Assembly (NCBI GenBank): GCA_963756875.1
Contig: CAVWPA010000003.1
Location: 352,001-416,000 of the forward strand
DNA: 64,000 bases
DNA from: an uncultured Verrucomicrobiae bacterium
Lineage (GTDB): Bacteria; Verrucomicrobiota; Verrucomicrobiia; Chthoniobacterales; UBA10450
Reading direction: 5' to 3'
This document shows positions 1 to 11,100 of this stretch, piece by piece. The notes beneath the pieces are model-generated. The model searched no databases and was not told where the DNA came from. It was given only the letters and a program-made list of their open reading frames with translations. The first letter of the stretch is position 1, and each line of letters opens with the position of its first letter. The position numbers were made by a program, and so were the translations under genes.

Positions 1-278
1 CTGGCATCCACCAGCGGCGCGATTTGCTCGTCGTGCGAAATCGTCGTTACCAAATCAAAATTCGGCGAACCCTCAAAGCGCGCCACCAGATCACGCGACG
101 CCTGGCTGTGATCCTCGTCGTAAACGGCCAGGGGAATGCGATTCAGGTCGAACGTGGCGGCGTAGCCAAACACCAGCAACTGGAGAATGGGCGGCACGAT
201 TACCACGATCCGGCTTCGCTTATCCTTGAACAGGGCCAGGAATTCCTTCGTCATCAATGCCCGGATTCGTCGCCACAT
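1..278 (-). CDS. ABC-2 type transporter permease (YbhR-like), N-terminal part; runs off the window edge
   Basis: Read manually on the - strand: AGGAG SD, then ATG at 278 giving MWRRIRALMTKEFLALFKDKRSRIV. This parallels the N-terminus of the adjacent permease (LLRKEFLQILRD). Confidence 0.85.
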   Translation of the reverse strand, partial: MWRRIRALMTKEFLALFKDKRSRIVVIVPPILQLLVFGYAATFDLNRIPLAVYDEDHSQASRDLVARFEGSPNFDLVTTISHDEQIAPLVDA

Positions 279-287
279 GGTCGTCTC

Positions 288-1436
288 CTATTCCAGCCGT
301 TTCCGCAGTTTGCGCCGGCTCACCCCTAGAAAGAACGCCGCCAGCACCACCAGAGCCAATGCGTTAGGCACGAGCACAGACCAGACGTTGCCGGCCAAAA
401 ACAGCGTCTGCAAAATCGCCACAAAATATCGCGCCGCCAACAGGTAGGTAATTCCCTGAACGACGCGTGGCATGCTGCCGATATCAAAGATGAACCCGGA
501 CAAGATGAAAGCCGGCAGAAATGTGGTGATGATCGCGATCTGGCCGGCGACGAACTGGTTCTTCGTCACGGTCGAAATCAGTAATCCCATCCCGAGTGCC
601 GCCAAGAGAAACAGTGACGAGGCCGCAAACAGAAGTACCAGCGACCCGCGCAGCGGCACGCCAAAGAGCCACACGCCCATCGCCACCGACAGCACCATCC
701 CCCCCGTGCCGAGGACGAAGTAGGGCAGCACTTTGCCGAGCAACACCTCGGCCATGGTCACCGGCGTTACCAGCAATGCTTCCATCGTGCCGCGTTCCCA
801 TTCCCGCGCCATCACCAGTGCGGTCAACAGCGCGCCGATCAGCGTCATGATGATGGCGATCAGGCCCGGCACGAGAAAATTGCGGCTGCGCAGCTCGCTG
901 TTGAACCAGATGCGTGGAGCGACCTGCAACGGCGTGTTCAACGTTTCGCCGCGCGCCCGTGCCTGCTTTTGCAGCCAGCCTTGCCAGACGCCCTGCACGT
1001 AACCAAGGATGAGCCGCGCGGTGTTGGCGTCCACGCCGTTGACAATCACCTGCACCGGCGTGCCGCCCGGTTGGCGTAATTGCCGGGCGAAATCCGAGCG
1101 TAAGTGAACGATGGCGTCCACGCGACGCTGCATCAGCGCCGCCTCGGCCTCGTGGAGATTATACATGAAGACCGGCGCGAAGTAGCGCGACTGCTGGAAA
1201 CCTCCGGTCAAGCTGGCGGTGTCGGTGCTCGGTTGCTCCACGACGAGCGCGACCGGCACGTGCTCCGCGTCGAGCGACACACCATAGCCGAAGATCAGCA
1301 GCAACACGACCGGCAGCAGGAACGCAATCGCGATGCTGCTCGGATCGCGCAGGATTTGGAGGAACTCCTTGCGAAGCAATCCGCGCAAGCGCATATGGCC
1401 GCCGCCGCGTGAGAGTGGCTCCGGTTGCGCGCTCAT
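288..1436 (-). CDS. ABC-2 type transporter permease (YbhS-like)
   Basis: KEFLQILRD start, WFNSELRSRNFLVPG and REWERGTME motifs, multiple TM helices; overlaps the ATPase stop. Confidence 0.92.
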   Translation of the reverse strand: MSAQPEPLSRGGGHMRLRGLLRKEFLQILRDPSSIAIAFLLPVVLLLIFGYGVSLDAEHVPVALVVEQPSTDTASLTGGFQQSRYFAPVFMYNLHEAEAALMQRRVDAIVHLRSDFARQLRQPGGTPVQVIVNGVDANTARLILGYVQGVWQGWLQKQARARGETLNTPLQVAPRIWFNSELRSRNFLVPGLIAIIMTLIGALLTALVMAREWERGTMEALLVTPVTMAEVLLGKVLPYFVLGTGGMVLSVAMGVWLFGVPLRGSLVLLFAASSLFLLAALGMGLLISTVTKNQFVAGQIAIITTFLPAFILSGFIFDIGSMPRVVQGITYLLAARYFVAILQTLFLAGNVWSVLVPNALALVVLAAFFLGVSRRKLRKRLE

Positions 1437-3220
1437 CCGCCTGGTTCCTTGCTTTCGATGAGCGCGATAAATGCGTCCTCCATCGTCGGCTCCGGTTGCT
1501 CGGCGGTGCGCTCACGTTTCTTGATTTCTTCGGGCGTGCCGATCGCGAGAATTTCGCCATCGGCCATGATGGCCAGCCGGTCACAATACTCGGCCTCTTC
1601 CATGAAATGAGTGGTTACCATCACGGTCACGCGTCGCTCGGCCAGCGCGTTGATCCGTCGCCAGAATTCCCGCCGCGCCAGCGGATCAACGCCTGAAGTT
1701 GGTTCGTCGAGAAACAGGATTTCCGGTTCATGCATGAGCGCACAGGCCATCGCCAGCCGCTGCTTGTGGCCCAGCGGCAAATCGAGACTGGTGACGTCGG
1801 CCATCGGGGCGAGCTCGAATTGGCCTAACGCCCAATCCATCCGATCGCGCTGACGTTTCCCGAAAAGATTGTAGGCGCTGCTGAAGAAACGCAGGTTTTC
1901 GCAGACGCTGAGATTGCCGTAGAGCGAGAATTTCTGCGACATGTAACCGACCTTCGCCCGGGCCGCGGCCGCCGCGCGCCGCAGGTCCACGCCCGCGACG
2001 CGCAGACGGCCCTCGGTCGCCGGCAACAAACCGCACAACATCCGGAACACGGTCGACTTGCCTGCGCCGTTTGCGCCGAGCAACCCGAAGACCTCGCCGC
2101 GGTCCACCCGGAACGTTACGCCTTTGACCGCATAGAAATCGCCGAAGCGCCGTTTGACGTTTTCGACATCGATCACCGGGCCAGCGCCGTTGGTGTGGCG
2201 CACCGAATCTCCGCTCATCGCTTCCGGCGATTTCACCGCCGCGGCCTCTGGCTTTCGCTTTCGCAGCATGGTCACAAAACTGTCTTCCAGCCGTGGCGGC
2301 ACCGGCTGGATGGCGATGTCCTTATTGTTCGGCAACAACGTCACGGGATCGGGGCGAACATCGCTCTCCATGACCAGGCGCACGGATTCGCCCTGGATCA
2401 ACGCATCGACCACGCCCGGCGCGCTCGAGAGCGATTCCTGGAGAGCGCGCTTGTTGGCGACGGACGAAGTCACCATGTAGGTCCGGCCACGGGAACGTTC
2501 GCTGAATTCCTGCGGCGGACCGTGCCCCAGGACCTCGCCATCGTGCATCAGGATCACTTCAGCGCAGCGTTCCGCTTCGTCGAGATAGGCTGTGCTCAGC
2601 AGAACGGTCACGCCTTCCTTTTGCGCCAGTCGATAAACGATCTGCCAAAGTTCGCGTCGCGAAACGGGATCAACGCCCACCGTTGGTTCGTCGAGCAACA
2701 GTAACTCCGGCGGACGCACCAGCGTGCAAGCCAGCCCGAGCTTCTGCTTCATCCCGCCTGACAAACGGCCGGCGAGGCGCGCGGTGAACCGGGCCAGGCC
2801 GGTCATTTGCATCAACTCCTCATACACGGGAGCCCGATCGGCATGCGGCACGCCCTGCAAGTCGGCATAGAGATCGAGATTCTCCTGGACCGACAAATCT
2901 TCGTAGAGCCCAAAGCGCTGCGGCATGTAGCCAACGCGCGCCTGCACCTCCAGCGAATCGCGCGCGGCATCGAAACCCAACACCGTGATCTGGCCGTCGT
3001 CGGGCACGAGCAGCCCGACCACCATCCGCATAAGCGTCGTCTTGCCCGCGCCATCCGGCCCGATCAATCCCGTGACGCGTCCACGTCGCACGGCGAGATT
3101 GATATCGCGGAGAGCCTCGACTGTTCGCCCGCCCGCCACGAACTGTTTGCGCACGCCGTGTAACTCCAGCACAACGTCGGACTCACGCTGCGCCCGCTCG
3201 GTTTTTCCGGAGGCGTCCAT
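1433..3220 (-). CDS. ABC transporter ATP-binding protein with two NBDs (YbhF-like)
   Basis: Two Walker A motifs (GPDGAGKT, GANGAGKS), LSGGMKQ signature, two LDEPT Walker B motifs. Confidence 0.95.
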   Translation of the reverse strand: MDASGKTERAQRESDVVLELHGVRKQFVAGGRTVEALRDINLAVRRGRVTGLIGPDGAGKTTLMRMVVGLLVPDDGQITVLGFDAARDSLEVQARVGYMPQRFGLYEDLSVQENLDLYADLQGVPHADRAPVYEELMQMTGLARFTARLAGRLSGGMKQKLGLACTLVRPPELLLLDEPTVGVDPVSRRELWQIVYRLAQKEGVTVLLSTAYLDEAERCAEVILMHDGEVLGHGPPQEFSERSRGRTYMVTSSVANKRALQESLSSAPGVVDALIQGESVRLVMESDVRPDPVTLLPNNKDIAIQPVPPRLEDSFVTMLRKRKPEAAAVKSPEAMSGDSVRHTNGAGPVIDVENVKRRFGDFYAVKGVTFRVDRGEVFGLLGANGAGKSTVFRMLCGLLPATEGRLRVAGVDLRRAAAAARAKVGYMSQKFSLYGNLSVCENLRFFSSAYNLFGKRQRDRMDWALGQFELAPMADVTSLDLPLGHKQRLAMACALMHEPEILFLDEPTSGVDPLARREFWRRINALAERRVTVMVTTHFMEEAEYCDRLAIMADGEILAIGTPEEIKKRERTAEQPEPTMEDAFIALIESKEPGG

Positions 3221-3229
3221 GCGTGCGAG

Positions 3230-4165
3230 CTACTTTTGCGACTGGTTGAGCGGGATGGTGACGACCGCCGGCATCCCGAGGCGGAGTTCGCCTCTCGGGT
3301 TGTGAACAAAGACGCGCACCTGATAGACGAGTTTGGTTCGCACCTCGGCAGTCTCCACCGTTTTCGGGGTAAACTCAGCCGTCGGCGAGATGAACCCGAT
3401 CCAGCCGTCGTAATGTTTGTTAGGGAAACTATCGGTCGTCACCTCCGCCTTCATTCCTTCGCGGATTTTGCCGAGGTCCGTCTCCGACACGTAGGCCCGC
3501 ACCCATAACGGATCGTCAAGCGCCAGCGTGAAGACCGGCTCATGCGGCGAGGCCATGTCGCCCGGCTCGAGCAGCCGATCCTGGATGACGCCATTACTGG
3601 GCGCGTAAAGTCTGGCGTTGGCCAGGTCGCGTTTCACTAATTCGAGCTGGGCTTCGTTCGCTTTCAGCGTGGCCTGGGCTGCGGCGATGTTTTGCTTCGC
3701 CGCCGCCAGGGTGGCCGTGGCCACATCGAGCACGGCCCGCGCATTGTCGAGGTCCTGGGGAGAGACGACCTTTCTCTCGCGCAGATCCTTGACGCGCTTA
3801 AAAGTGAGATCGGCGTTGACGAGATTGGCCTGCGCCACGTTCCTGTCCGCTTCGGCCTTGAGGACGGCTTGCTGCTGGGCGGCCACGTTGGCCTCACCGG
3901 TCGCGACGGTCGCCGCAAACCGCCGGCTATCGAGGGTCGCCAATTCCTGTCCCGTATTCACGCGGTCGCCTTCCCTAACGAGCAAGGCTGTGATCCGCTC
4001 GCTGTCGTTGAAGGCAAGTTGCACCTGGCGAATATCCACATTGCCGTAAAGCACCAACCGGCCTTTCGCGCCGGCGCCGTGGTGGGCAAACCAAAACCAG
4101 ACCAGGCCGGCCACGATCACGATCCCGAGCACACCGATAAAAATGCGAACTCGATTTCGCTTCAT
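3230..4165 (-). CDS. HlyD-family periplasmic adaptor (YbhG-like)
   Basis: N-terminal TM, LYGNVDIRQV, coiled-coil hairpin, AEFTPKTVET motif. Confidence 0.92.
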   Translation of the reverse strand: MKRNRVRIFIGVLGIVIVAGLVWFWFAHHGAGAKGRLVLYGNVDIRQVQLAFNDSERITALLVREGDRVNTGQELATLDSRRFAATVATGEANVAAQQQAVLKAEADRNVAQANLVNADLTFKRVKDLRERKVVSPQDLDNARAVLDVATATLAAAKQNIAAAQATLKANEAQLELVKRDLANARLYAPSNGVIQDRLLEPGDMASPHEPVFTLALDDPLWVRAYVSETDLGKIREGMKAEVTTDSFPNKHYDGWIGFISPTAEFTPKTVETAEVRTKLVYQVRVFVHNPRGELRLGMPAVVTIPLNQSQK

Positions 4166-4440
4166 GGCTTCAATCTACTCGCAATCAACGACGCATTGTA
4201 TTGGCATTCGACAGGTTAGCACACGACCAGGCCGCGAACCGATCCGGCACGGGCTGGCACGCGCTTTTCCAGTCATAAGGTTTCGTAGAGCCCGAAATAC
4301 CAAAGCGCCCGGTGGGGGCGCCTGCGACAGTGTGGCCACCGGTGAAGGGCAGCGAAAAATGCTCAGTGACATTGAGGGACCAGACAGAACGGCCAAGAAA
4401 CAATCTTGCAGGTCTTTCCTCCTGAGAGATCGGCATCGTT

Positions 4441-5286
4441 TCACTTCTTGCTTTTCTCTTCAGCCGCAGCCTCGTGATATTTCTTGCGAATGTCAGCGAT
4501 GTTCACTGTTGGCGCTGGAACTTTTATCCCCAGGTTTTCCATCGTCTCGACGATGATGTGCGAGATCGCCAGATTGCGAAACCATTTGTGGTCGGAGGGA
4601 ATCACAAACCACGGCGCGTCATCAGTCGTGCATTTGTTGATCGCGTCCTGGTAGGCGGCCTGGTAATCGTCCCAGTATTTCCGTTCCGAGTAATCGGATT
4701 CGCTGATCTTCCAATGCCGGCCGCGATCATCCAGCCGCTGCTCGAAGCGTTCCAGTTGCTCTTCCTTACTGATGTGCAGGAAGAATTTTAAAATGTGCGT
4801 GTTGTTTGCAGCCAGGCGCCGCTCGAAGTCGTTGATTTGCTCGTAACGCTTTGACCAGACCTTTCTTGGAACAAGACCATGAACGCGCACGATCAGTACA
4901 TCTTCGTAGTGCGAGCGGTTGAAGATCACCACCTCGCCGCGTCTCGGCGTCTGGCGTTCGATCCGCCATAAGAAATCATGCGCTAACTCTTCCGCCGTTG
5001 GCTGCTTGAAACTTACAACGCTGCAGCCCTGCGGATTCATCGCGCCGATGACGTGCCGGACGACGCCATCTTTGCCGCCTGCATCCGGGGCCTGAAGGCA
5101 AATCAAGAGTGAGCGTTTGTTTTCGGCGTAAAGCTGAAACTGCAACTCGTCGATCCGCTTTTGGAGCTTCTCAATCTTCCGAAGCGCGGATTTTTTCTTT
5201 TCGTGTTTGGCTGCAAACTGTGGGTCGAAATCTTTGAGCCGGATTTTCTCTCCGGGCTTTACCCGGAATTCTTTGTGGTAGTTCAT
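4441..5286 (-). CDS. ppk2: Polyphosphate kinase 2 family (polyphosphate:nucleotide phosphotransferase)
   Basis: DAGGKDG Walker A, HDFLWR, FNRSHYEDVL, SDHKWFRN lid motif. Confidence 0.95.
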   Translation of the reverse strand: MNYHKEFRVKPGEKIRLKDFDPQFAAKHEKKKSALRKIEKLQKRIDELQFQLYAENKRSLLICLQAPDAGGKDGVVRHVIGAMNPQGCSVVSFKQPTAEELAHDFLWRIERQTPRRGEVVIFNRSHYEDVLIVRVHGLVPRKVWSKRYEQINDFERRLAANNTHILKFFLHISKEEQLERFEQRLDDRGRHWKISESDYSERKYWDDYQAAYQDAINKCTTDDAPWFVIPSDHKWFRNLAISHIIVETMENLGIKVPAPTVNIADIRKKYHEAAAEEKSKK

Positions 5287-5588
5287 GCGTTTTTTGGTTG
5301 ATGGAATTTCGCAGGACGCTGTGTCGACGAGACAGGAGCGCGGGAGTCGAGAATGCGATACGTGGCGAGCTGGATCAAATCGTTAACAAAAAACAATGCC
5401 AGTGCGTATCCCCAAACCGCCGGCGCCCAGCCCCAGCCGATCGGCGTCATGAATATTCCATAAACCGCTATCAAGGTTCGCTTTTTTGCCTCGACCGTGC
5501 TCAACCCGTTTGGCGACGCTGGCGGATCAACTGGCGCCGCCTTGGCGGGTGGCGGGGCCGCCGGTGATGGGGAGCCGTTACTTGTCAT
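5283..5588 (-). pseudogene. Internally deleted remnant of a plasma-membrane-type proton P-type ATPase
   Basis: The N-terminal cation-ATPase motif GLSTVEAKKR joins in frame directly to the terminal helix TLIAVYGIFMTPIGWGWAPAVWGYA...D...YRILD. No DKTGT core is present. Confidence 0.75.
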
Positions 5589-5625
5589 GTTCTTATTCTT
5601 TCGAGGGGACGGGCAGTTGTTTCGT

Positions 5626-6627
5626 TCATTTCCACAGGATGACAGTGACAACGAAAACGGCGTAGAGCGCGACCAGCAACGCGCCGCCGCCACGAAGCAA
5701 TCCATGCCGACGGCTTGCCGCGATGAGCGCGACCACTTTCATTCCGATCAACCACAGCGCGGCGAAGACGATTTGTGGCGAAGGCGCCGTGAAGCCTATC
5801 AGCAGGGCCGGCAAGGCGATGCCGGCAATAACGTTCAGCGTGTTGCTGTTCAGAGATTCGCTGACCACCGCGGCGCCGCGGCCGTCGCGAGCGAGCTGCA
5901 CCGCGGCGATGACATTCGGGATCGATGTCAACGCCGCCAGGATAAGCGTGCCGATCACAGCCTGGCTCACTCCCCATCGCGCGCCGAGTGACACAGCCGA
6001 ACGCACTGCGCCTATGCTGCAACCGACGATCAGCCCTACTGCTATGACGACCCACATGGGATCGTACCAGGCGGCGCGCCGGTTCTTCTTTCGCCTGGAT
6101 GAGTCGCGGTGGACGTGGCCGACGGCTGCCTCCAGGAACTTCTTCCACAAAGAGGGAAGTTTGAGCCGCGCGATCTGCGCCGGATGCATCGCTGTGAGCG
6201 CCACGTAAGGAGCCAGAACAAGGGCCAATAACACCATGCTCGACCAGGCCGGAATCCATCGCAGCACTAACGGGACGAGTATCGCGCTCACTACCAGACT
6301 CGTGCCGCCAGTGAACCAGAGACCCTGCCGGCCAATTTGCACTCTGCCGGCAACCAGAGCGCTCAAGCCAAGTAAGCCGGCGAGATTGAAAATGTTCGAA
6401 CCCAGCACGACGCCAAGGCCGATGTCGTGCTGCTTGAATGAGAGCGCCGCGAACGCGGTGCAAATCTCCGGCGCGTCGGCTCCCAGCGCCGTGACGATGC
6501 CGAGCAAACCTTCCGAGAAACGCTGCGATGCGCCAATGCGCTCCAGGGTTGCGGTAAGCCGGACACTCGCCCAGCACATTATGCCCACGGCCCCGGCAAA
6601 CATCGCTAAAGTTGTCCCCATCCGCAT
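5626..6627 (-). CDS. Sodium/calcium exchanger family (CaCA) membrane protein
   Basis: Two alpha-repeats (ALGADAPE...GSNIFN; AALTSIPN...SNTLN) and about 10 TM helices. Confidence 0.85.
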   Translation of the reverse strand: MRMGTTLAMFAGAVGIMCWASVRLTATLERIGASQRFSEGLLGIVTALGADAPEICTAFAALSFKQHDIGLGVVLGSNIFNLAGLLGLSALVAGRVQIGRQGLWFTGGTSLVVSAILVPLVLRWIPAWSSMVLLALVLAPYVALTAMHPAQIARLKLPSLWKKFLEAAVGHVHRDSSRRKKNRRAAWYDPMWVVIAVGLIVGCSIGAVRSAVSLGARWGVSQAVIGTLILAALTSIPNVIAAVQLARDGRGAAVVSESLNSNTLNVIAGIALPALLIGFTAPSPQIVFAALWLIGMKVVALIAASRRHGLLRGGGALLVALYAVFVVTVILWK

Positions 6628-6882
6628 AGTGCAACGATGATTTTAGATTCACACGGTGGCCAGCCGTAAAATTGTTAGCACGCCCGCCTGCGCGCTGGAC
6701 AAGTCCTGCGCTTCCGAGTCTCCAACGCGGACGCGGAACTATCGGTAACAGCCACCAGATACTATTTCGCTGCCGGGACGGATGGCACGCGCGAGATCCA
6801 ACAGTTTCTATGACCGCGTCGGGCCCATTGGGTTCTTTGCCCCTGTGCGCGTTGCAGCGCGTTCGGTTTGGTTAAGGGGCAG

Positions 6883-7650
6883 TCAAAGCCCCGGACCTCC
6901 CTGCATGATGGCGCCATCGGCAAAGATCGTTGTCGCCGTAATGTAACTGGCTCCATCGCCGGCGAGAAACGCGACGACGTTGGCGATTTCCTCTGGTTTG
7001 GCCATGCGCCCCAGCGGAATGGCGTTGTCCAGTTTCTTCAACAACGCCGGATCATTCATCGTGCCGAGGTTGATCGGCGTCGCCACGGCGCCGGGGCCGA
7101 CGCCGACGACGAGAATATTGTGCGGCGCGAGTTCGACTCCCGCCGTCCGTGTCAACATCCGCATCCCGCCTTTCGAGAGGCAATAGGCGGTGTTGTCGGG
7201 CATCGGCCAGTCTTCATGCACCGAGGTAATGTTGATGATGCGACCACCGCCGCCTTGCTTGATCATTTGCTGCGCGGCGAGCTGGGTGCCGAAGAATGCG
7301 CTCTTGAGATTGATGGAGAGCACCTTTTCATACTGTGCCTCGGTCGTGTCGAGAATGGAGGTGCGCGTCTCGACGCCGGCGTTATTGACCATGATATCCA
7401 CGCGTCGGAATTTTTTGACTGCGGCGGCGACCAACTTTTGCAGTTCAGCGACCTGGCTGACGTCGGCCTTCACGCCGATGACACGATCCCCAAGTGCGTG
7501 AACCTGTTTTTCAAGATCCTGCGTCGCGTCGGGATGTGTGACGTAATCAATGACGATGTTAGCGCCTTGCCGCGCGAGTTCCAACACGATGGCCATACCG
7601 ATGCCACTATTGCCACCGGTGACGATTGCGACTTTGCCTTTAAGACTTAT
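6883..7650 (-). CDS. SDR oxidoreductase, glucose 1-dehydrogenase-like; apparent ATA at the expected start
   Basis: TGGNSGIG, NNAG, SVHE and YCLSK motifs. AAGGAG SD lies 6 nt before ATA-AGT-CTT-AAA-GGC-AAA. Confidence 0.88.
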   Translation of the reverse strand: MSLKGKVAIVTGGNSGIGMAIVLELARQGANIVIDYVTHPDATQDLEKQVHALGDRVIGVKADVSQVAELQKLVAAAVKKFRRVDIMVNNAGVETRTSILDTTEAQYEKVLSINLKSAFFGTQLAAQQMIKQGGGGRIINITSVHEDWPMPDNTAYCLSKGGMRMLTRTAGVELAPHNILVVGVGPGAVATPINLGTMNDPALLKKLDNAIPLGRMAKPEEIANVVAFLAGDGASYITATTIFADGAIMQGGPGL

Positions 7651-7691
7651 TTCTTTCTCCTTGGTCGATAATCTTCCTGGTTGCCAACATT

Positions 7692-7985
7692 TTATACCCG
7701 TGCGCGTGATGTTCGCGTGACGGCAAAAGATAGCACCGACATCACAAGGGCGACAGCCGCTGCTCCGCCGTAGATGACGCTCAAATCCAATCCCGCCCAG
7801 GTTTGCAACGGACCGACGCCGAAAGCGGCTAGGCCATAGCCGATCTGGTAGAACGCGATCAGGCCGCCCGCCACCGAAGCGGCGATGGCCGTCAATTCCT
7901 TCTGACCAAAACTGATGGTCAGCGGCAACAACGCCGAACAACCGAGTCCGGCTAGACCAAAACTAAAAATGCCGAGGGCCGACGT
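7692..7985 (-). pseudogene. C-terminal fragment of an MFS transporter
   Basis: Three TM segments (FGLAGLGCSALLPLTISF; GGLIAFYQIGYGLAAFGVG; IYGGAAAVALVM) typical of the last MFS helices. The upstream part is missing. Confidence 0.65.
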
Positions 7986-8175
7986 CAGCGATTCCGTTTT
8001 TGACGTTCTGATGCGTCGCGGAGAGTTTTTTTTCTTCAGCTCCAAAAATCGTTTGCACTGCTTTCCTTTGAAGCGCGTCACACCATCCGTTGGCCGCTCC
8101 ACAGATAGTCTGTTGCGGTCAGACCTGAATCATGACGTCGATGGCCGGAAGGCCATTTATACCATAAAGTTTGCC

Positions 8176-11100
8176 ATGAGATTTCGGCGGAGACGAGACG
8201 GTCACGTGTTGGTGGTCGGCATCTTCCAGGGCCCGGAGACCGGGCGGGCTGTATTGAGAAATCTCCGCCGGGCAGGGTTTCACCGTGCTGCTGCAATTTA
8301 CTCTTCGGCCATGGGTCGCCTGCGGGTTGACGAACGCGGCCTCTCGGCGTTAGGCGGAGCGGCCACCGCTTCCGCTCTGAGCGTGGCCCTTGGCGCAATC
8401 ATCTTCTGGGAGCGCGCAACACTGGCCGGGTACGGTCCAGCCCGGCTTGCGCTGCTTCTGGGTGCTTTCGCAGCGGTTGGCGTTCTAGCCGGCTGGCTTC
8501 TTGTCCGGTTGCTTCGGCAGCATGTCGATGATGCGAGCCTGGCGCGGTGCACCCGCTCGATCCTGCCGGATGAAGTGATGGTCATCGCTGAGGTCAAAGC
8601 CAGCGAAACGGCGCGCGTGCTGGCGATTTTGCGGGACGTGGAAGCAGAGGCGCCAGTGACGTTTGCTTTTCACTCGCCGCCGCCTTTCCCATTTGAATCA
8701 ACCACGCGACCGCTCGGTCATGAACTGCCTTCGGGCCAGCGGCTCGAGGAAAATGCGGCGCGCCTTGCAGTCGCGATCCCGGTCGACCGCGAAACGAAGC
8801 CGCGCGGGCCATCCTTTCTGCGCCGGCTGGGCGAGATCGAGCACGCGCTGGAATGGATAAACGCGAGTCTCACGATGTCGGCCGAGGTGCATCACGCCTT
8901 CACGCTTTCGGCGGAATGGCTGCTCGATAACGCCTATCTGACCCGAGAACAGATAGCCGATCTGCAGGGGAGCCTCCCGCAAGAATATTATGGCGAGCTG
9001 CCTCTCATCGCCACTGGCTCCGAAGCGGGATTGCCGCGGGTTTACCAGGTGGCCTCGGAAATGGTGGCCGAGACCGGCGGCGCATTGGAGCCGGAGATCA
9101 TCCGGAAATTTCTTGTCGCTTTTCAGGCGACTGCGCCGCTGGACATTGGAGAACTCTGGGCCCTCCCACTGATGCTGCGATTGCAGTTGCTGGAAGGTCT
9201 GCGCGCGCTCGCGATCCAGGTCGAGCAACAGCAAAGCCAGAGCGAAGAGGCGGACTTTTGGTCGAATCGGCTCATCACCGCTGTGCGCCACGGTTCGCCA
9301 CGGTTGCTTAAGCGGATGGAGGAACTGGTGGAACGCTATCCCGAGCCGATGCCGCATTTTGCGAGCGAACTGGTGGCGCATCTCTACGACGAAGAGACGG
9401 CGCTCCCGCTGGTCAGCGGCTGGCTGGAACGCTCGCTCCGTGCACCGCTGCTTGAGGTGATTCAGCAGGAACATCGGCGCCAGGCCGTGCAGCAGACGGC
9501 GCTTGCCAATGTGATCAGTAGTTGCCGCCGCCTTGCGCAAGTCCAGTGGCGGGAACTTTTCCAATCAGCCAGTTGGGCGGAAAGCGAGCTGGCGGCCGAT
9601 CCCGCCGGCGTTTATGCCCGCCAAAATTTTGAGACGCGCGATCGTTGCCGGAGCGCGGTGGAGGAAATCGCCCGATGGTCAAAGTGTTCGGAACAAAAAG
9701 CCATCGACCAGGCGCTGGCGCTGGCGAAAGCCGGCGAGGGCGAAGTGACGCGAAACGTCGGCTATTATTTGATCGACGCGGGCCGGCCGGCGCTCGAGCG
9801 GGCGACAGGCGCGCGAATTTCGTTCGCCGAACGATTCCGCCGATGGCTTCACGCCCACGCGGCGGTCGCATACTTCGGAAGCATTTTCCTGCTCACGGTC
9901 GTGATGGTGGCGGCGCCTCTCCTTTTCATTGCCGGCTTGGTTCCTTGGCTGACAGACGCGCTGCTGGGATTTCTGCTGCTCTTGCCCGCGAGCGAGCTGG
10001 CGGTGCTGGCCGTGAATTATTTTGTGACCTCGCTCCTGTCGCCGCAGGTCTTGCCGAAGATGTCCTTCAAAAAAGAAGGCATTCCCGATGATTGCCGCAC
10101 GCTCGTGGTGGTGCCGATGTTGTTGACCACTCCGGACGCGATCCAAAACGAGCTCAACCGCCTCGAAATTCGTTACCTCGGAAATACGGATGCGAATCTA
10201 CGCTTTTCGCTTCTGACCGATTTTGCCGACGCGCCACGGGAGAACATGCCGGAGGACGCGGAGTATCTCGACATCGTGGCGCGCGGGATCGAGGAACTGA
10301 ATCGCCGGCACGGAGCGGGGCGCTTCTTTCTTTTTCATCGTGGACGATTGTGGAGCGAGAGCGAGCAACGCTGGATCGGCTGGGAGCGCAAGCGCGGCAA
10401 GCTCGAGCAACTGAATCGATTCCTGGTCGGCGAATCCGCGCCCGAGCTGGAAGGATTTCTCCATGCGGGCGATCGCGCGCAACTTGAGGGCATTCGATTC
10501 ATCATCACGCTGGATGCCGATACCCAACTGCTGCGCGACACCGCCCGGAAGATGATCGAAACGCTGGCGCATCCGCTGAATCAGGCGCGCCTTTCGCCGG
10601 ATGGCTGCCACGTGGCTCGTGGTTACACAATCATTCAACCAAGCGTCAGCGCCTCGCTTCCAAGCGCGAGGGCGACATGGTTCTCACGCATTTTTGCCGA
10701 TCCGCGTGGGATCGATCCTTACACGCATGCCGTCTCCGATGTTTACCAGGATCTGATCGGGGAAGGCAGCTATCACGGCAAAGGCATCTATGAACTGCAG
10801 ACGTTTTGCAGCCTCTTGTCCGGCCGGTTTCCAACGGCGCACCTGTTGAGTCACGATCTGCTGGAAGGCTGCCATGTTCGCGTGGGGCTGGCGACCGACA
10901 TCGAGCTGCTGGATGTTTTTCCGAGCAGTTACATCGCGTGGTGGAATCGGCAGCACCGCTGGATTCGCGGCGACTGGCAAATCATTGATTGGCTGAAACC
11001 ACGTGTGCCCGTGGGCGGCGGCGGCACCAAACCCAATCCGCTTTCTGCCTTCAGCCGGTGGAAGATCTTCGATAATCTGCGCCGCAGTCTGGTGCCGCCA

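Noticed and set aside
4255..4270. TGGCACG sigma54-like -24 box
   Set aside because: The -12 element reads TTTC instead of TTGC, and there is no + strand gene downstream.
6740..6840. Short - strand peptides GPDAVIETVG and RAIRPGSEIV, reminiscent of an MDR dehydrogenase
   Set aside because: Too short and in different frames; cannot be told apart from chance.
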